In this document: one piece after another, positions 25,880 to 36,632 of the stretch | Layout of the letters: each line of letters begins with the position of its first letter | Position numbering within the stretch: position 1 is the stretch's first letter | Source of the DNA: Anthoceros angustus | Lineage: Eukaryota; Plantae; Anthocerotophyta | Assembly (NCBI GenBank): GCA_010909165.1 | Contig: MU008223.1 | Span: 62,001 to 126,000 of the forward strand | Length of the DNA stretch: 64,000 nt | Reading direction: 5' to 3' | Notes under the pieces: model-generated | What the model saw: only the letters and a program-made list of their open reading frames with translations | The model's database searches: none | Told to the model about the DNA's origin: nothing | Translations under genes and position numbers: made by a program

Positions 25880-26241
25880 AAGTCCAGAGTGGGCGATGTG
25901 GAGCCTGACTTCATCTTGAAGTGTGTCAGCTCGGAGATCTTCTCATCTGTGCTTGCAGGAAACTCCACCCGGAAGATGTCTAACATCTCTTCGATGGGAT
26001 CGTGCCCACTTGGTGACGCTGCTCTGCCTGCACTGGTTCCTTCGGACCTCGAACTACTACTCACTGGTCCTCCAGATGTGCCGCTCAACAACCTCACCTT
26101 GTGCTCTTGATAGCATGCCAATGCTTCATCCCCCAAGTACTTCGGCATTTGGATGAAGCCGTATCGCTTTGTGTATCCGGTCTTCAATTCCATCTCTGCA
26201 CACACTGCACCGTACTTCTCGATGAAATCCTCCAGTAGCAA
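25880..26241 (-). pseudogene. gag: Gypsy-type gag N-terminal fragment
   Basis: LLEDFIEKY...MPKYLGDEALACYQ...FRVEFPASTDEKISELTHFKMKSG resembles Retrotrans_gag. Confidence 0.55.
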
Positions 26242-26497
26242 GGTGCCCGCTCGTCATGTGAACAACTCCATTCGATCCTTGCTGATGGAGATGATGGCGC
26301 AAAGGCTTTTGTAGATGCCATGTTTCAGCCTACAAGACATGGGGCTGAGCGTGAAGAAAGTTAGGGGTTTGACTCGGCGGATGTTGACAACCCTTGGAGA
26401 CGAAGCAAGTGTCGATGATGTGCCACAACAGGTAGCAATGATGTCATTGCTGACCTTGGAGCCAAGCATCTTTATAGAGAAGAGGAATGCTGCATGA

Positions 26498-26900
26498 GTG
26501 GGGGTGGCTTTGGTCAACAATCGGGAGAGGCATATTGAAATCAATGGATTCGCACCAAGGAGGATGCTGATTGACACCGGAGCACAGCCGGTGATCGTTG
26601 GAAGAAGAGTGAAGGAAGCGTTGGGTCTCCACCAAGAAAGGTTGAAGGAAACCAAGTGGAAGATCAAACGCTGGGACCACAGCATGTGTTGGGGTGACAA
26701 GGTACAAGCTAAAGGTTTCACTCAAACCAAGAACAATGACTTCACCTTTGTCGAGGTGCTTGTCAGTCACGAGACACATTTGATGTCTTCTTGAGGCGGA
26801 CGCTTTGTACAAACACAGGTCATGGTGGATTTGTGGGCGGAGATAGTCTACTATCGACCAGTGGAGAAGCTAGGAGCAAAACCGATGAACGGATTGCCCG
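26498..26900 (+). pseudogene. Gypsy-type aspartic protease
   Basis: IEINGFAPRRMLIDTGAQPVIVG (D-T-G active site), then a frameshifted FDV-L motif and VDLWAEIVYYRP. Confidence 0.8.
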
Positions 26901-27214
26901 CATCCCTCTGGTGCATGGCAAGGATCATGAGAACCTCATTGCCAGCAGCGTCTACCGGTGTTTGGCGCCATGGTGAAGGACCGCCATATATGCTTGAACC
27001 TCTTGGCGTGTGTCTAACATGTGACGACGATGGAGGATTTCGACGAGGAGGAGGAAGACAAGCTAGGGTTGCAACCACCCTTAGAGGAGGTCCTTCAAGT
27101 TAGCCGGATGGAGCTGGTGATTGCAGCAATGAGCTGTGCAAAAGCTGTGAAGGATGGTGCAAGAGGACCAGTGTTTATGAGCCGGAGAACTGCTGTAAGT
27201 TCTTGCCTAGGGTT

Positions 27215-27670
27215 GAGCCTATTTGTGACCTAAACACCCAGGTGATCACATGGCGACCTCGGGAAGACGGCATAGTGTTGATGGAACTCTTTGGAGGCAT
27301 CAATCGGCCAAGCAAAAGCGAAGTGTGGCATCAAAGTGCGAAGATCGTGCATTGTCCCGGATCCAAAAGCAAGGATTGTGTCACGAGGCGTAAGAGACTT
27401 GATGGGGAGTACCTAACCTCGGCGTGGGAGTGAAGGGTTACGAGGAGCTGGATGGATGTTCACATGATAGGGTTGTCCCATTTGAGTTGTCTTGGGCAAC
27501 CAGTGGACCTTGTCATTGCAGGTTGAGAGTGTCAAGGACTATCCTCTGCAGGCAAGGGTTAGGGTCTGAAGGATCCACAAACAACATTGTTTTATGACCT
27601 GATGAGGATCTTGCGCTTGATCCAGAAAGGGCAAGAAAGGCCCTGTGGATACATGTTGGAGAATGTGCCA
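27215..27670 (+). pseudogene. C5 cytosine DNA methyltransferase N-terminal catalytic half (motifs I-VI), disrupted
   Basis: GIVLMELFGGI (motif I; MELFGGI at 27281-27301), then KCGIKVRR..PDPKARIV and DVHMI. From 27482 it reads LSCLGQPVDLVIAG*ECQGLSSAGKG*GLKDPQTTLFYDLMRILRLIQKGQERPCGYMLENVP (motifs IV, V, VI). Stops at 27524 and 27560. Confidence 0.88.
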
Positions 27671-27679
27671 GCATGCATG

Positions 27680-27968
27680 AGCGTGAAGAAGCTCCAATAA
27701 CGATAGCTGAAGCAATACAAGGGAAGGATGCAAAGCAATGGAAAGAAGCTATGGATGATGAGATGAAGTGGTTGAGGAAGAATGACACTTGGGTATTAAC
27801 CTCCTTGCCTTGTTTTTATCCTAGGGGGAGGTGCCATCAGTTGGAATAGGAAAAAGCATCCAACTGTTGCAATGTCTACAATGGAGGCTGAGTACATGGC
27901 ATCCACACAAGCTACAAAGGAAGCCATTTGGTTGAGAAGGTTCATGGAAGAAATTGGGTATCAACAAG
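27680..27968 (+). pseudogene. pol: copia fragments: RT start fused to family D RNase H
   Basis: EAPITIAEAIQGKDAKQWKEAMDDEM...NDTWVL, then GGAISWNRKKHPTVAMSTMEAEY. The latter matches 18705-18850. Confidence 0.85.
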
Positions 27969-28310
27969 TGTTGAGGATGCAGCTTACTGAGTTTGTTAAG
28001 ATGGATATGACTATGCGTAAAAGATGTAGGTGATTGAGCTTACTATAAGTATATAGAAGTGGGTAAATGGAAACATATACCCCATATTGAGTAGGAAACG
28101 TGAGTGACACTTTTAGGGTTTAAAAGGGTGAGACCAGCTAGCTATAGCAGGTTCAGCTCTTTGACTATTGTCTTTGTGTTGTTTGCTCAAAGTTGCTCTT
28201 CATTTGTGTTTTAAGGCCTCGTTTAGGTGGTCTTAGTTTTGCAATTCTGAACACTTGCTTTCTTGACACTTCTGACCCTCTTGAAGCATGGCTAGCTTCC
28301 AATCTCAACA
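27969..28310 (+). repeat. copia family D 5' LTR
   Basis: TGTTG...CAACA, homologous to 19107-19428, followed by PBS and gag. Confidence 0.93.
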
Positions 28311-28323
28311 GGTTATGGGCCCA
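28311..28323 (+). promoter_or_regulatory. Half-tRNA(iMet) primer-binding site
   Basis: GGTTATGGGCCCA directly after the LTR. This is the PBS type known from Drosophila copia and some algal/non-seed-plant copia lineages. Confidence 0.85.
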
Positions 28324-28335
28324 CACACCCAAGGC

Positions 28336-28660
28336 ATGGTGACACTACAAGTCATTTCCAAATTTGGTGGTAACAACTTCAACTTGTGGAAGTTCAAGAT
28401 GCAGATGCTGTTGGCCGAGAATGGCTTGTGGAGGATAGTGTCAGGAACTGAGCAACGCCCTATAGAAGTGGAGCGACAATCCAAGTGGGACGAGTATGCA
28501 GGCAAAGCTTTTGCAACCATTTGCTTCAATTTGGAAGATGCACAACTAATGCATGTGACTTCTTGTAAGACTGCAAGGGAAGCTTGGCAAAAGCTGGAGG
28601 CTCTGTATGAGAACAAGAGCCTTGTGAACCGCTTGTTTTTGAGGAGAAGGTTCTTCACTC
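28336..28660 (+). pseudogene. gag: copia family D gag, truncated
   Basis: KFGGNNFNLWKFKMQMLL...TAREAWQKLEALYE...LFLRRRFFTL. Confidence 0.9.
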
Positions 28661-28663
28661 TTC

Positions 28664-29541
28664 AATACCCAATTTCTTCCATGAACCTTCTCAACCAAAT
28701 GGCTTCCTTTGTAGCTTGTGTGGATTCCATGTACTCAGCCTCCACTGTAGACATTGCAACAGTTGGTTGCTTTTGCTATTCAATGATGGCACCTCCCCTA
28801 GGATAAACACATATCCGGTTGTGGACCTCTGATCATCAAGATCGCTCCCCCAATCCGAGTCACAATATCCAAGCAGTCTGAGTCCTTCATTTGAACCTGA
28901 AAACTCAAGGTACATGTCATGTGTGCCTTTCAAGTACCTCATTATCCTCTTCACTGCAATCCAATGTGGCTTTCCAGGATTTTGCATATATTGGCTCACA
29001 ACTCCTAGAGCTTTCCCAAGATCTGGACGAGTTGCAACCATGGCAAACATCAAAGTGCCCACTGCTTGTCTGTAAGGAATGTTCTTCATCTCCTCCTCCT
29101 CGTGATTGCTTGCAGGACATTGGTCTTTGCTAAGCCTCATATCTAAACATAGAGGCGTTGCAATTGGCCTGCAATCAGTCATTCCAAAACGATCCAAGAG
29201 TTCCTCAATGTACTTATGTTGTTCAAGCTTGATTGTTCTCCTCACCCTGTCTCTAACCACTTGAATGCCAAGGCAATAGTTGAGCTCCCCCAAGTCCTTC
29301 ATTTCAAATTGTCTTGACAACATCTCCTTTAGCTCATTGATAGTATCTATAGATGCGCTCAACAAAATGAGGTCATCCATGTATATGGCTAGAATAACCA
29401 TAGATTGGAGAACTTTGGATATGTAGATGCTCTCATCAGATGTGCATTATTGAAATCCTTGCTCCTTTAAGAATGCATTGATCTTCTCATACCAAGCTCT
29501 AGACCCTTGCTTCAATCCACAGAGAGCTTTCTTTAATTTGC
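28664..29541 (-). pseudogene. pol: copia family D RT/RNase H, inverted
   Basis: KLKKALCGLKQGSRAW, LAIYMDDL, MKDLGELNYCLGI, GYCDSDWG. Confidence 0.93.
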
Positions 29542-30451
29542 TAAGGGAGGTTGTATGTGGAAGGCCACCTATAAGAGGAGGAGGATTTCACACAGTAAAG
29601 TATCACGTCTTGCGCTTCCATACTCGCGAGTCCTTTGCCCTTGTAAAGGAATTTCGTGCCGGCTGTGAGCCAACGCAGCGTCTGGTAGAGAGGAAGTCGC
29701 GGTGGTCGGAGTGCTTGGTGGAGGACTTGTTTGCTGCAAGTGCCTAAACGAGTTGCTCCCCTTGTGAATGGTTGCTGTGAAATTGCTTTGCTTTGGGTGT
29801 GTGGCAATGCCCAGGGAACTCTCGGCTTGAGGGTAGACTACAGGGAAAGACTCCCTGGAGGTTCTCATTGTCGTGTCAAACTCATAGCAACCGCCCAAGG
29901 AAGAACTTGTCGGTGGAGGCCGACCCAAGCGATTGTGCACGTGAGGCGAGCCGGCCGAAGCCCGAACGAGGTTAGACTAGGAGGAAGAGGATGAGAAGAT
30001 GAGTAGAGGATTAGAAGTGTAGGTGTTAGTGGAAGGCCACAGGCAGGCCTAAGGGACGAATCCCAACTGCAAGTAAAGGGGCTCACGAGTGGAGAAGAGT
30101 GGTCTTAGAAGTAGGGACGAAATTGCGGTGGATCGGGGGTCCACAGGCGCCGTGATAGGCTCCCTCAGCTAAGGGGACACCAGCAATTGTGTTGTGTCGT
30201 TGTAGGTTGAGGATTGGTGATTTTTTGGAGCAGTGCAAGTGGTGCAGCTGCTGTGAGAGGGAGAGTAGAGGGCGCCTTGCTTGTTTAGAAGGCTGAGAAA
30301 TTGTGTCACTGCAGGTAGCGACCGGACATCACAAGATCTCGAACTTTCACACGAGTCTCATGGGACGAAACCTAACGTATGAAGCGACAGTGGGATAAGT
30401 GTGGCCACTAGAGGGGGAAGCCTCGGAAGCCCCGGGGTTTTCCCTCCCACA
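29542..30451. mobile_element. LTR-like family L, copy 3
   Basis: Colinear with 700-1200 and with 17396-18335 (reverse). Ends TTCCCTCCCACA. Confidence 0.85.
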
Positions 30452-31380
30452 AAAGGCGGAGGACCTTTGCAAATGGAGGGAAGCAGCTCAAGGGGAGCTG
30501 GAGGAAGCCCGAAGGCAGGTGGAAAGCGCTAGGGACCTGGCCGAGACGGCTCGGCAGGAGCAACACCAAGCCTGGGAGGCTCAGTGAAGGCGCGGGAGGC
30601 AAGTCAGTGAAGCAGATAGGGACCACTACCGTGAGACCGGCCGGTGGAGGAGGCAGCAGGGGTTAGCTGCCAATCGAAGGCCGGCAGGTGGCGGAACAAG
30701 CAAGCAAAGTAAGAAAGAAGGGGCCCCGGAGATAGAGGATTTCCGGGCACAGTTGCAAGGAGCGGAGGAGCGGTGCTAGGAGCTGGAGGATCGCAAGGAG
30801 ACCCTGGAGCTGCAGCTTCAAGACACAGTGGAACAACATGGAATTCTCAAAGGGAGAATCATGGACCACGAGCAGGAGATCGAGCGCCCGCATCTGCTGA
30901 GGGAGGAGGAGCCGATGCTAACTAAGGAGATGGACATTGCCGAGTTGGAGAAGGAGCCGAAGAAGCTGTGAGCCCGTGAGGTGCTGACCGTCGGGAGGGA
31001 GATTGTGGCCTGCAAGGATGGATGGAGGAGGGCTCAAGAGAGGAGCGCCGGGTCCTACCGCTGGAAGGCGAAGGGAACGTAGCTCTATGGCCAGCAAGCT
31101 GGTCGAGCTACAGTGACGGCGAGAGGAGGAGCACGCAGAGCAGGAGGCTGCGGTGAAGTGTCGAGGCAGCCTTGACGGCCTCAAGAGAGTCCGCCTGACT
31201 CTAGTTGGCGGGCCTAGAGACGGCCAAAGAAGCCGCGCCAGCACGCCCAACCACCGGAGCACCTATGGAGGAGGGAGTAGTGCCCGGCTCATGTGGAGGA
31301 GGCACCAACAAGTCGATCTGCACTTTGTCTACTACCACGCGGAGCTCCTCAAGGCCCTGGAGGTCCTGAGTCACCCCCGT
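30452..31380 (+). pseudogene. Degenerate coiled-coil-like ORF, probably a retroelement accessory region
   Basis: E/R/Q-rich fragments (ELEEARRQVESARDLAETARQEQ) broken by frameshifts. Confidence 0.35.
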
Positions 31381-31699
31381 CAAATCGACGGACCTCCGGA
31401 CGGGTCAGAGGGAGGAGGGAGAGATGAAGGCCCCGGAGATAGTGCGGCCACCGGGACCTTGGGAGCGCTGTTCGGCAACGACAGCAACAGCGGGGAAGGG
31501 GAGCACCAAGAGGAGCAGAACACGGCGGACCCCACTGGGCCTGAGGTAAGTCCTCCGCACCCCACTACAAAAGGAAGGGAGGAGGGCCCCGAGGGGGCCA
31601 TGGAGGGGAAAGTCCCGGAGGACTTGAGACAGCGTGGGGGTCCGGTGGGGGAGGACAGACCCCCGGGAAGTCACGGGGTGGAGAAGTCCAAGAACCCGC

Positions 31700-31922
31700 G
31701 AGGTCCGGACCTCGAGGTCCGGACTCCAGAAATGAGACCGGACCCCGAGGTCCGGACTCTAGAAATAAGGCCGGACCCTGAGGTCCGGACTCTAGAATAA
31801 GGCCGGACCCTGAGGTCCGGACCCCAGAGTCGAGACCGGACCCCGAAGTCCGGACTCCAGAAGTAAGGCCGGACCCTGAGGTCCGGAATCCAGAGTCGAG
31901 ACCGGACCCCGAGGTCCGGACT
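31700..31922. repeat. ~33-bp minisatellite, ~6.5 copies
   Basis: Unit ~gaggtccggactc(c/t)agaa(a)taaggccggaccc(t/c), translating as RPDPEVRTLEI. Confidence 0.9.
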
Positions 31923-32603
31923 TAGGAGGAGAGGGGGAATCACCACCGACCTGCTCAGGCGGAGCAACCTCTTGGGGGACCCGTAGAGCGAGACCCACCA
32001 GACAAGAGAGAGGAGGAGGACTTGGTGACCCGCGTTGTCAGAGCCGCCCGTGGCTCAACCCTGAGTTCTCGGAAGGGAAGGCCTGCCTTGCGGATCATCC
32101 GATTGCTGCGCCCATCGAGGCTAGGATTTAGCCACCGGCACGGGCGAGAATCACGGGCACTCCAGCCCCACCGCCCAGCGTAGATAGGCGGAATGAAGGG
32201 AAATAGGCGGCGGGCTAGGAGGTGGCGGGCATGACAGCCCCGGAGATTGATCAAGGTCCGTGACGGACCCTAACGTGGTGGTGTGTGCGGGGCGAGCGAT
32301 CGAGAGACCCTTGCTCTTCCGCAGCCGGGGGGTCGGCGTTGGACCACGCATGAGCCGGTGGAACTCCGGAGAGGCGTGTAGAGCCCGGACGGAGGCTCGG
32401 CAGCACTGAGTGGGACCACGCAACCTAGCCACTCTTCCCAAAAGAACGATGAGCATAGTGAGAGTGGTTAGGAGAACGGACTAGACGAACGAGGGGCGGA
32501 CTCGGTAGAAGCACCAATCTATGGGCACACAAAGGGCAAATTCATGGATCTCATAGGGAACATAACTCTCTCTTAGATAGATGGATAGATAGATAGATAG
32601 ATA

Positions 32604-35600
32604 CCCTCCACTCTCCCGTGGTTGAATTTACAAATATATTCCTTTTTGGATCAGGGGCAAATGAGGTATACAAATGCCCTTGATCCAAGGATATTTGTAT
32701 ACCACACGCCAAAAGGAAATATAATTGTAATAAAATGACAGAAAAAACATGATGCATGAAGCATCATATACATAAATCTATCTAACCATCCCATAGAGAG
32801 AAGTTATGTGGGAAATTAATTGAACATGCTAACAAGATCCTCAATTGGGAACTTAAGACCGTGGAAGGTTCCAAGCATTAAGCATTTTTAACAATGGTTT
32901 TAAGCTTGTGTTCCCTAAAGCCATTGTTGATGAAGGCTTTAATAAGTTCCATGAGTTCTATGTAGGCTAGTGAGGCCTCACTAGATACATAGAGGATAGG
33001 AACACTTGAGACACAATTACATTGTATGCTTGGCGAATTGGTCTATTAGAGTTCAAGTGGATGTATTGTGCATATTTGAATGGGAGAGCCCTTCGCTTGT
33101 CAACTTATAGGTCTTATAAATTCCAAGGATGGGATCCTCAATATGAATTTGCATGTTTAGAAAGTGGGCCGACTTTCCAAGTGTGATGCCCTCGGCAGTT
33201 AGGTAAGTTTCATCCACCTCTTGTTGGATTTCAACAATGTGGAGGGGGTAGATCTAATAGGGATTGTCAGGATCACGCTTAGCATTAGGGTCCAAGAATT
33301 CGTGAGCGAGGTGGCAGTTGAGCCAGCAGATATCATCAATGTATCTTCTAGCTTCTTTGAGCAGTGCCATTAGATCGGTTCTTCCTAGTCGAGCTGCGTT
33401 GAATGAAGCGGCATTCATAGGAGAAGAAGTACAAGTTGCACCAAAGTGGAGCATGAAAAGCCCATTGGGATGCCCGAGGTTTGCAACCAGCGTGGTTTCA
33501 AGCTGGACATTGCGCTTTGCATAAGCCATAAGTGGAGACTTAGGAGTCTCTCGTATGGGAGAGGGATCCATGGTCCATGGTGCAACTAGGTGTATCATAA
33601 ACCCACTTGTAATCACAAAAGCCTTGCGGGTGAGTATTTCACCCATAAGGTTTTAGTTTTGCTCATGTCTGCTGACATGAGTGTATGCCTTTTAAGACAA
33701 AAGCCATGGCTTCAAAGGAGTCTTCCCTTGTGGGAATAGCCTCATAGCATCGCGTAATATCCGACTAAAATGGAATGTATTTTAGCGGGAGATTGATTGC
33801 CACTTGTACCACGATTCCGTGATCCAAAACATTGAGGTATCCACTCCAAGTAGGTTTTATAGCCCTCTTGAAGCCCAAGGGTCCAATCCCTTAAAATTGG
33901 AATAATAAGATTTGTGGCAAATGTGAGTAGGTCGCCAAGATAGAGAACACACAATCATGTCCATTGGTTAACCACATGCTTCAATTTATGCTGTTTAAAA
34001 ATTCCCATGAGGTAGGAGACCAAAGTCTTGGTCCACCGGAATCTCGGGAGTATGCTTTCATTGGAATTGAATGTTACTCAGATATGTGAGATAGGCAACC
34101 AAGTGCCATTTTTAGCCGGGTGAAAAGTCCGGATCACAAAGTCTTTTCAAGGCACATTTCGACATAGAAGGTGCATTGAAAAGCAGTGGTGTTGGCTTTA
34201 TCAAGGCCGAACAATAGAGGTGGTTAAGGAGCCATGAGAGCTCATCCCTTGCGCATGAATTTTCGAACATGAGTCCTACCATAGGACCAAAGCCTTTGTT
34301 TTTGGCTTGTCTCAAAGATTGGAAGCACAACGCAGCCAATTTTGGGCCAAAAAACATGCTCATCAACAGTTGCACCCATGTGCCAAGAAAATTTCCACAA
34401 GTTGTGCAAAGAATCCGAACACTCTCCACATCGTGGACGTTGAGGGAGGCAAGGGGATCTGGTTCATCCCATCTTGAGTTGTGCTTGGAGGTTACGGTCC
34501 CTCACGAGCACAATCAGTGAACATGAGCCACCCCATCATTGGGATCCATGGTCAAAGGATCCACAAAAGCTTAGGCGCTTTTGTGATGGGCACACGTCTC
34601 TGGGCACACTATCTCCGTGTTCAAAAAGAAAATCCACAAAAACTTTCCGAGGGTACACCTCTTGCCTCAAGGAGGCAACATGTCTCCATCCAAAGGTAGT
34701 TTCCAAGACTAGCATCAAGGAAGCATCACCAAGCATGTTAGTAGCTTGGGTCAGCAACTTTTTCACTTGCAAATGTTCCAACAGTCTATTACAGTACAAT
34801 GTGTGAACGAAACCAGCATTGGCATCAGGTGCATGCTTCACTAAATGCCATTCAGCCATGTCAAAGAGCAACATGCGATCAGGCAGCACCAGATCATCAG
34901 GGATGGCACCTGGAGAAGGCAACCAAGGAAAAGTTAGCGACAACGAAGAAAAGAGGGTCATCGAACTTACAAAATCACGAGTTTGATTCCCGTAGTCCAC
35001 TAGGAGGCTTAGAGGTAGAAGAGGCACCGAGTGAGTGCCGTCACCATGTGTGTTGGAAGGAGGTGTCGGATCTTGGTGGAGAGCTAAGGTTGCTAGCATG
35101 AATGTCCGAGCCATAGGAGAGTCTTCTTTGCTGATAGTAGGGGCCACTACCAGGGCTAGCATATTTGTTAGAAAACCTATTGTGCATCATAGGGCCACCT
35201 TGCCTATTGCCACGGGTGCCTCTGGTGAGGACTTTTTCAGGCTTGTCCCCATCAGACTTTGCTTTGCGCATATAGGATTTTTGATTGGACCTCAACTCTT
35301 GTTTCATCAAACGATCGCATTCTTCCGTGAAGGAAGGAGGCTTGATCATTTTCTCTATCATGAGTTTTGCTGATCCAGGGAATGCAGCAAGGAGCCTTTG
35401 GGTGGGGTTAGTGGCAAATGCAGCACCATCCAAAGATCATTTCACGTACATACATGAAGGAAATGTGGGCTTTCACACAATCACGGTTTTGGCCAGCATT
35501 CAGAATCTGTGAAGGCAACCATTGAACACGGAGGCTCGCCAGAAAGAACTCATCCAAATGCTGTACCATGAACGAGGGCTTGGTCAAACCCGGATAATCG

Positions 35601-36620
35601 CCATTGCAGCAGCCCTACCATCAACTTCAACAAATCTTGGCGGATGCATTTGATGTAAGGCTGAGCCAATTCCACCATGTTTTGTCATGGTCCTTCCCCG
35701 CCACCGGTTTTCCGAGCCTTTTACCCTACACAACATCATCTCATCATTCGGCATTTGGTAGCATCAAAGCAAGGCGCGGGCTGTTACCGATTGCAAAACC
35801 CAAGCCACATTTCCATCCAGCCTTCTCAAACGCCATTTCTTCATCACTTAGCCTACAAAGGACTTGAAAAGTTTCAGCAGTGAAGGGTGCCAAGTAAGAG
35901 AGGTTAGAGCCAGTCCACATCTTGTGGGAGATGGCAGCACAATCAGCCTCAATGTCCCTAGGTGCAACAAGAGGAACGGGACATTGTTCATGAGAGGAAA
36001 CCCTCGCCGTTTGTTGCACTGTTTCTTGCGCTTGGGCGACGTATTCTTGCATGAAGGTGCGGTCCTCCTCCGTCATGTTGGCAGTGGGGAAGCCAGGATG
36101 GTTGAATCACAGCCCTGTGAAGCATGGGCCGGGCTCATCGACTGCAACCTTGAGCCTTGGCAATCCGAACTCTTCCTCGTCAAGCATTGCTTGTGCATAC
36201 CGTCATTGACGACACATTGCTCCAAGTTACGCTCAATGGTTTGAAGAAGCTTCATCCTTCATCACTATCACAGTTAGTTGGCAAGCTTGCACCAATCGTT
36301 GAATGAGAGGACCTCCAGCATGGGGGTGCCATCCATCACCACAAACAGCGCCGCGCTTTCGCTATCTCGCAATTGAATTCATCATGAATGGAGGGGGGAC
36401 AATGGAAGCAATCACAGACAGCCACGAAGGGGATCAAACCAGCGGTGTGTAGCCCAGTGAATGAGGCGGGAGAAACTCGATTGCCACGAACAAGCCAATT
36501 TCCCTTAGTGAGTCCAACACATTTGTGAACACCACCATGATTAATCCACAAGAGATTTGCAGACTTTCTAAACCCAGCAAAGGTTGAAAGGATTCTTGGT
36601 GACCAAACCAAGAACGAACA
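32604..36620 (-). mobile_element. Penelope-like retroelement flanked by (GATA)n on both sides
   Basis: GATA runs at 32575-32603 and 36621-36632. It carries a PLE-type RT plus upstream ORF fragments (35041-36255). Confidence 0.8.
32816..35000 (-). pseudogene. Penelope-like reverse transcriptase, frameshifted
   Basis: LKMGMNQIP (~34460), a DKAN-like motif (~34200), YLMGIFKQHK (~34000), GIPMGFSCS-LWCNLYFFSYE (33415-33475), RYIDDICW (~33330), then thumb-like HLNSNRPIRQAYNVIVSQV...FINNGF. Stop at 32816. Confidence 0.85.
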
Positions 36621-36632
36621 AGATAGATAGAT

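Noticed and set aside
31700-31922. CRISPR-like spacing of palindromic repeats
   Set aside because: The 'spacers' are near-identical, there are no cas genes, and the context is eukaryotic TE DNA.
36340-36392. Hammerhead-like string on the minus strand of the PLE 5' region (AUGAUGA...CGAAAGCGCGGCGCUG)
   Set aside because: First core base is wrong, stem II pairs poorly, the cleavage position would be G, and no stem I partner is visible. Worth only an Infernal check on a consensus.
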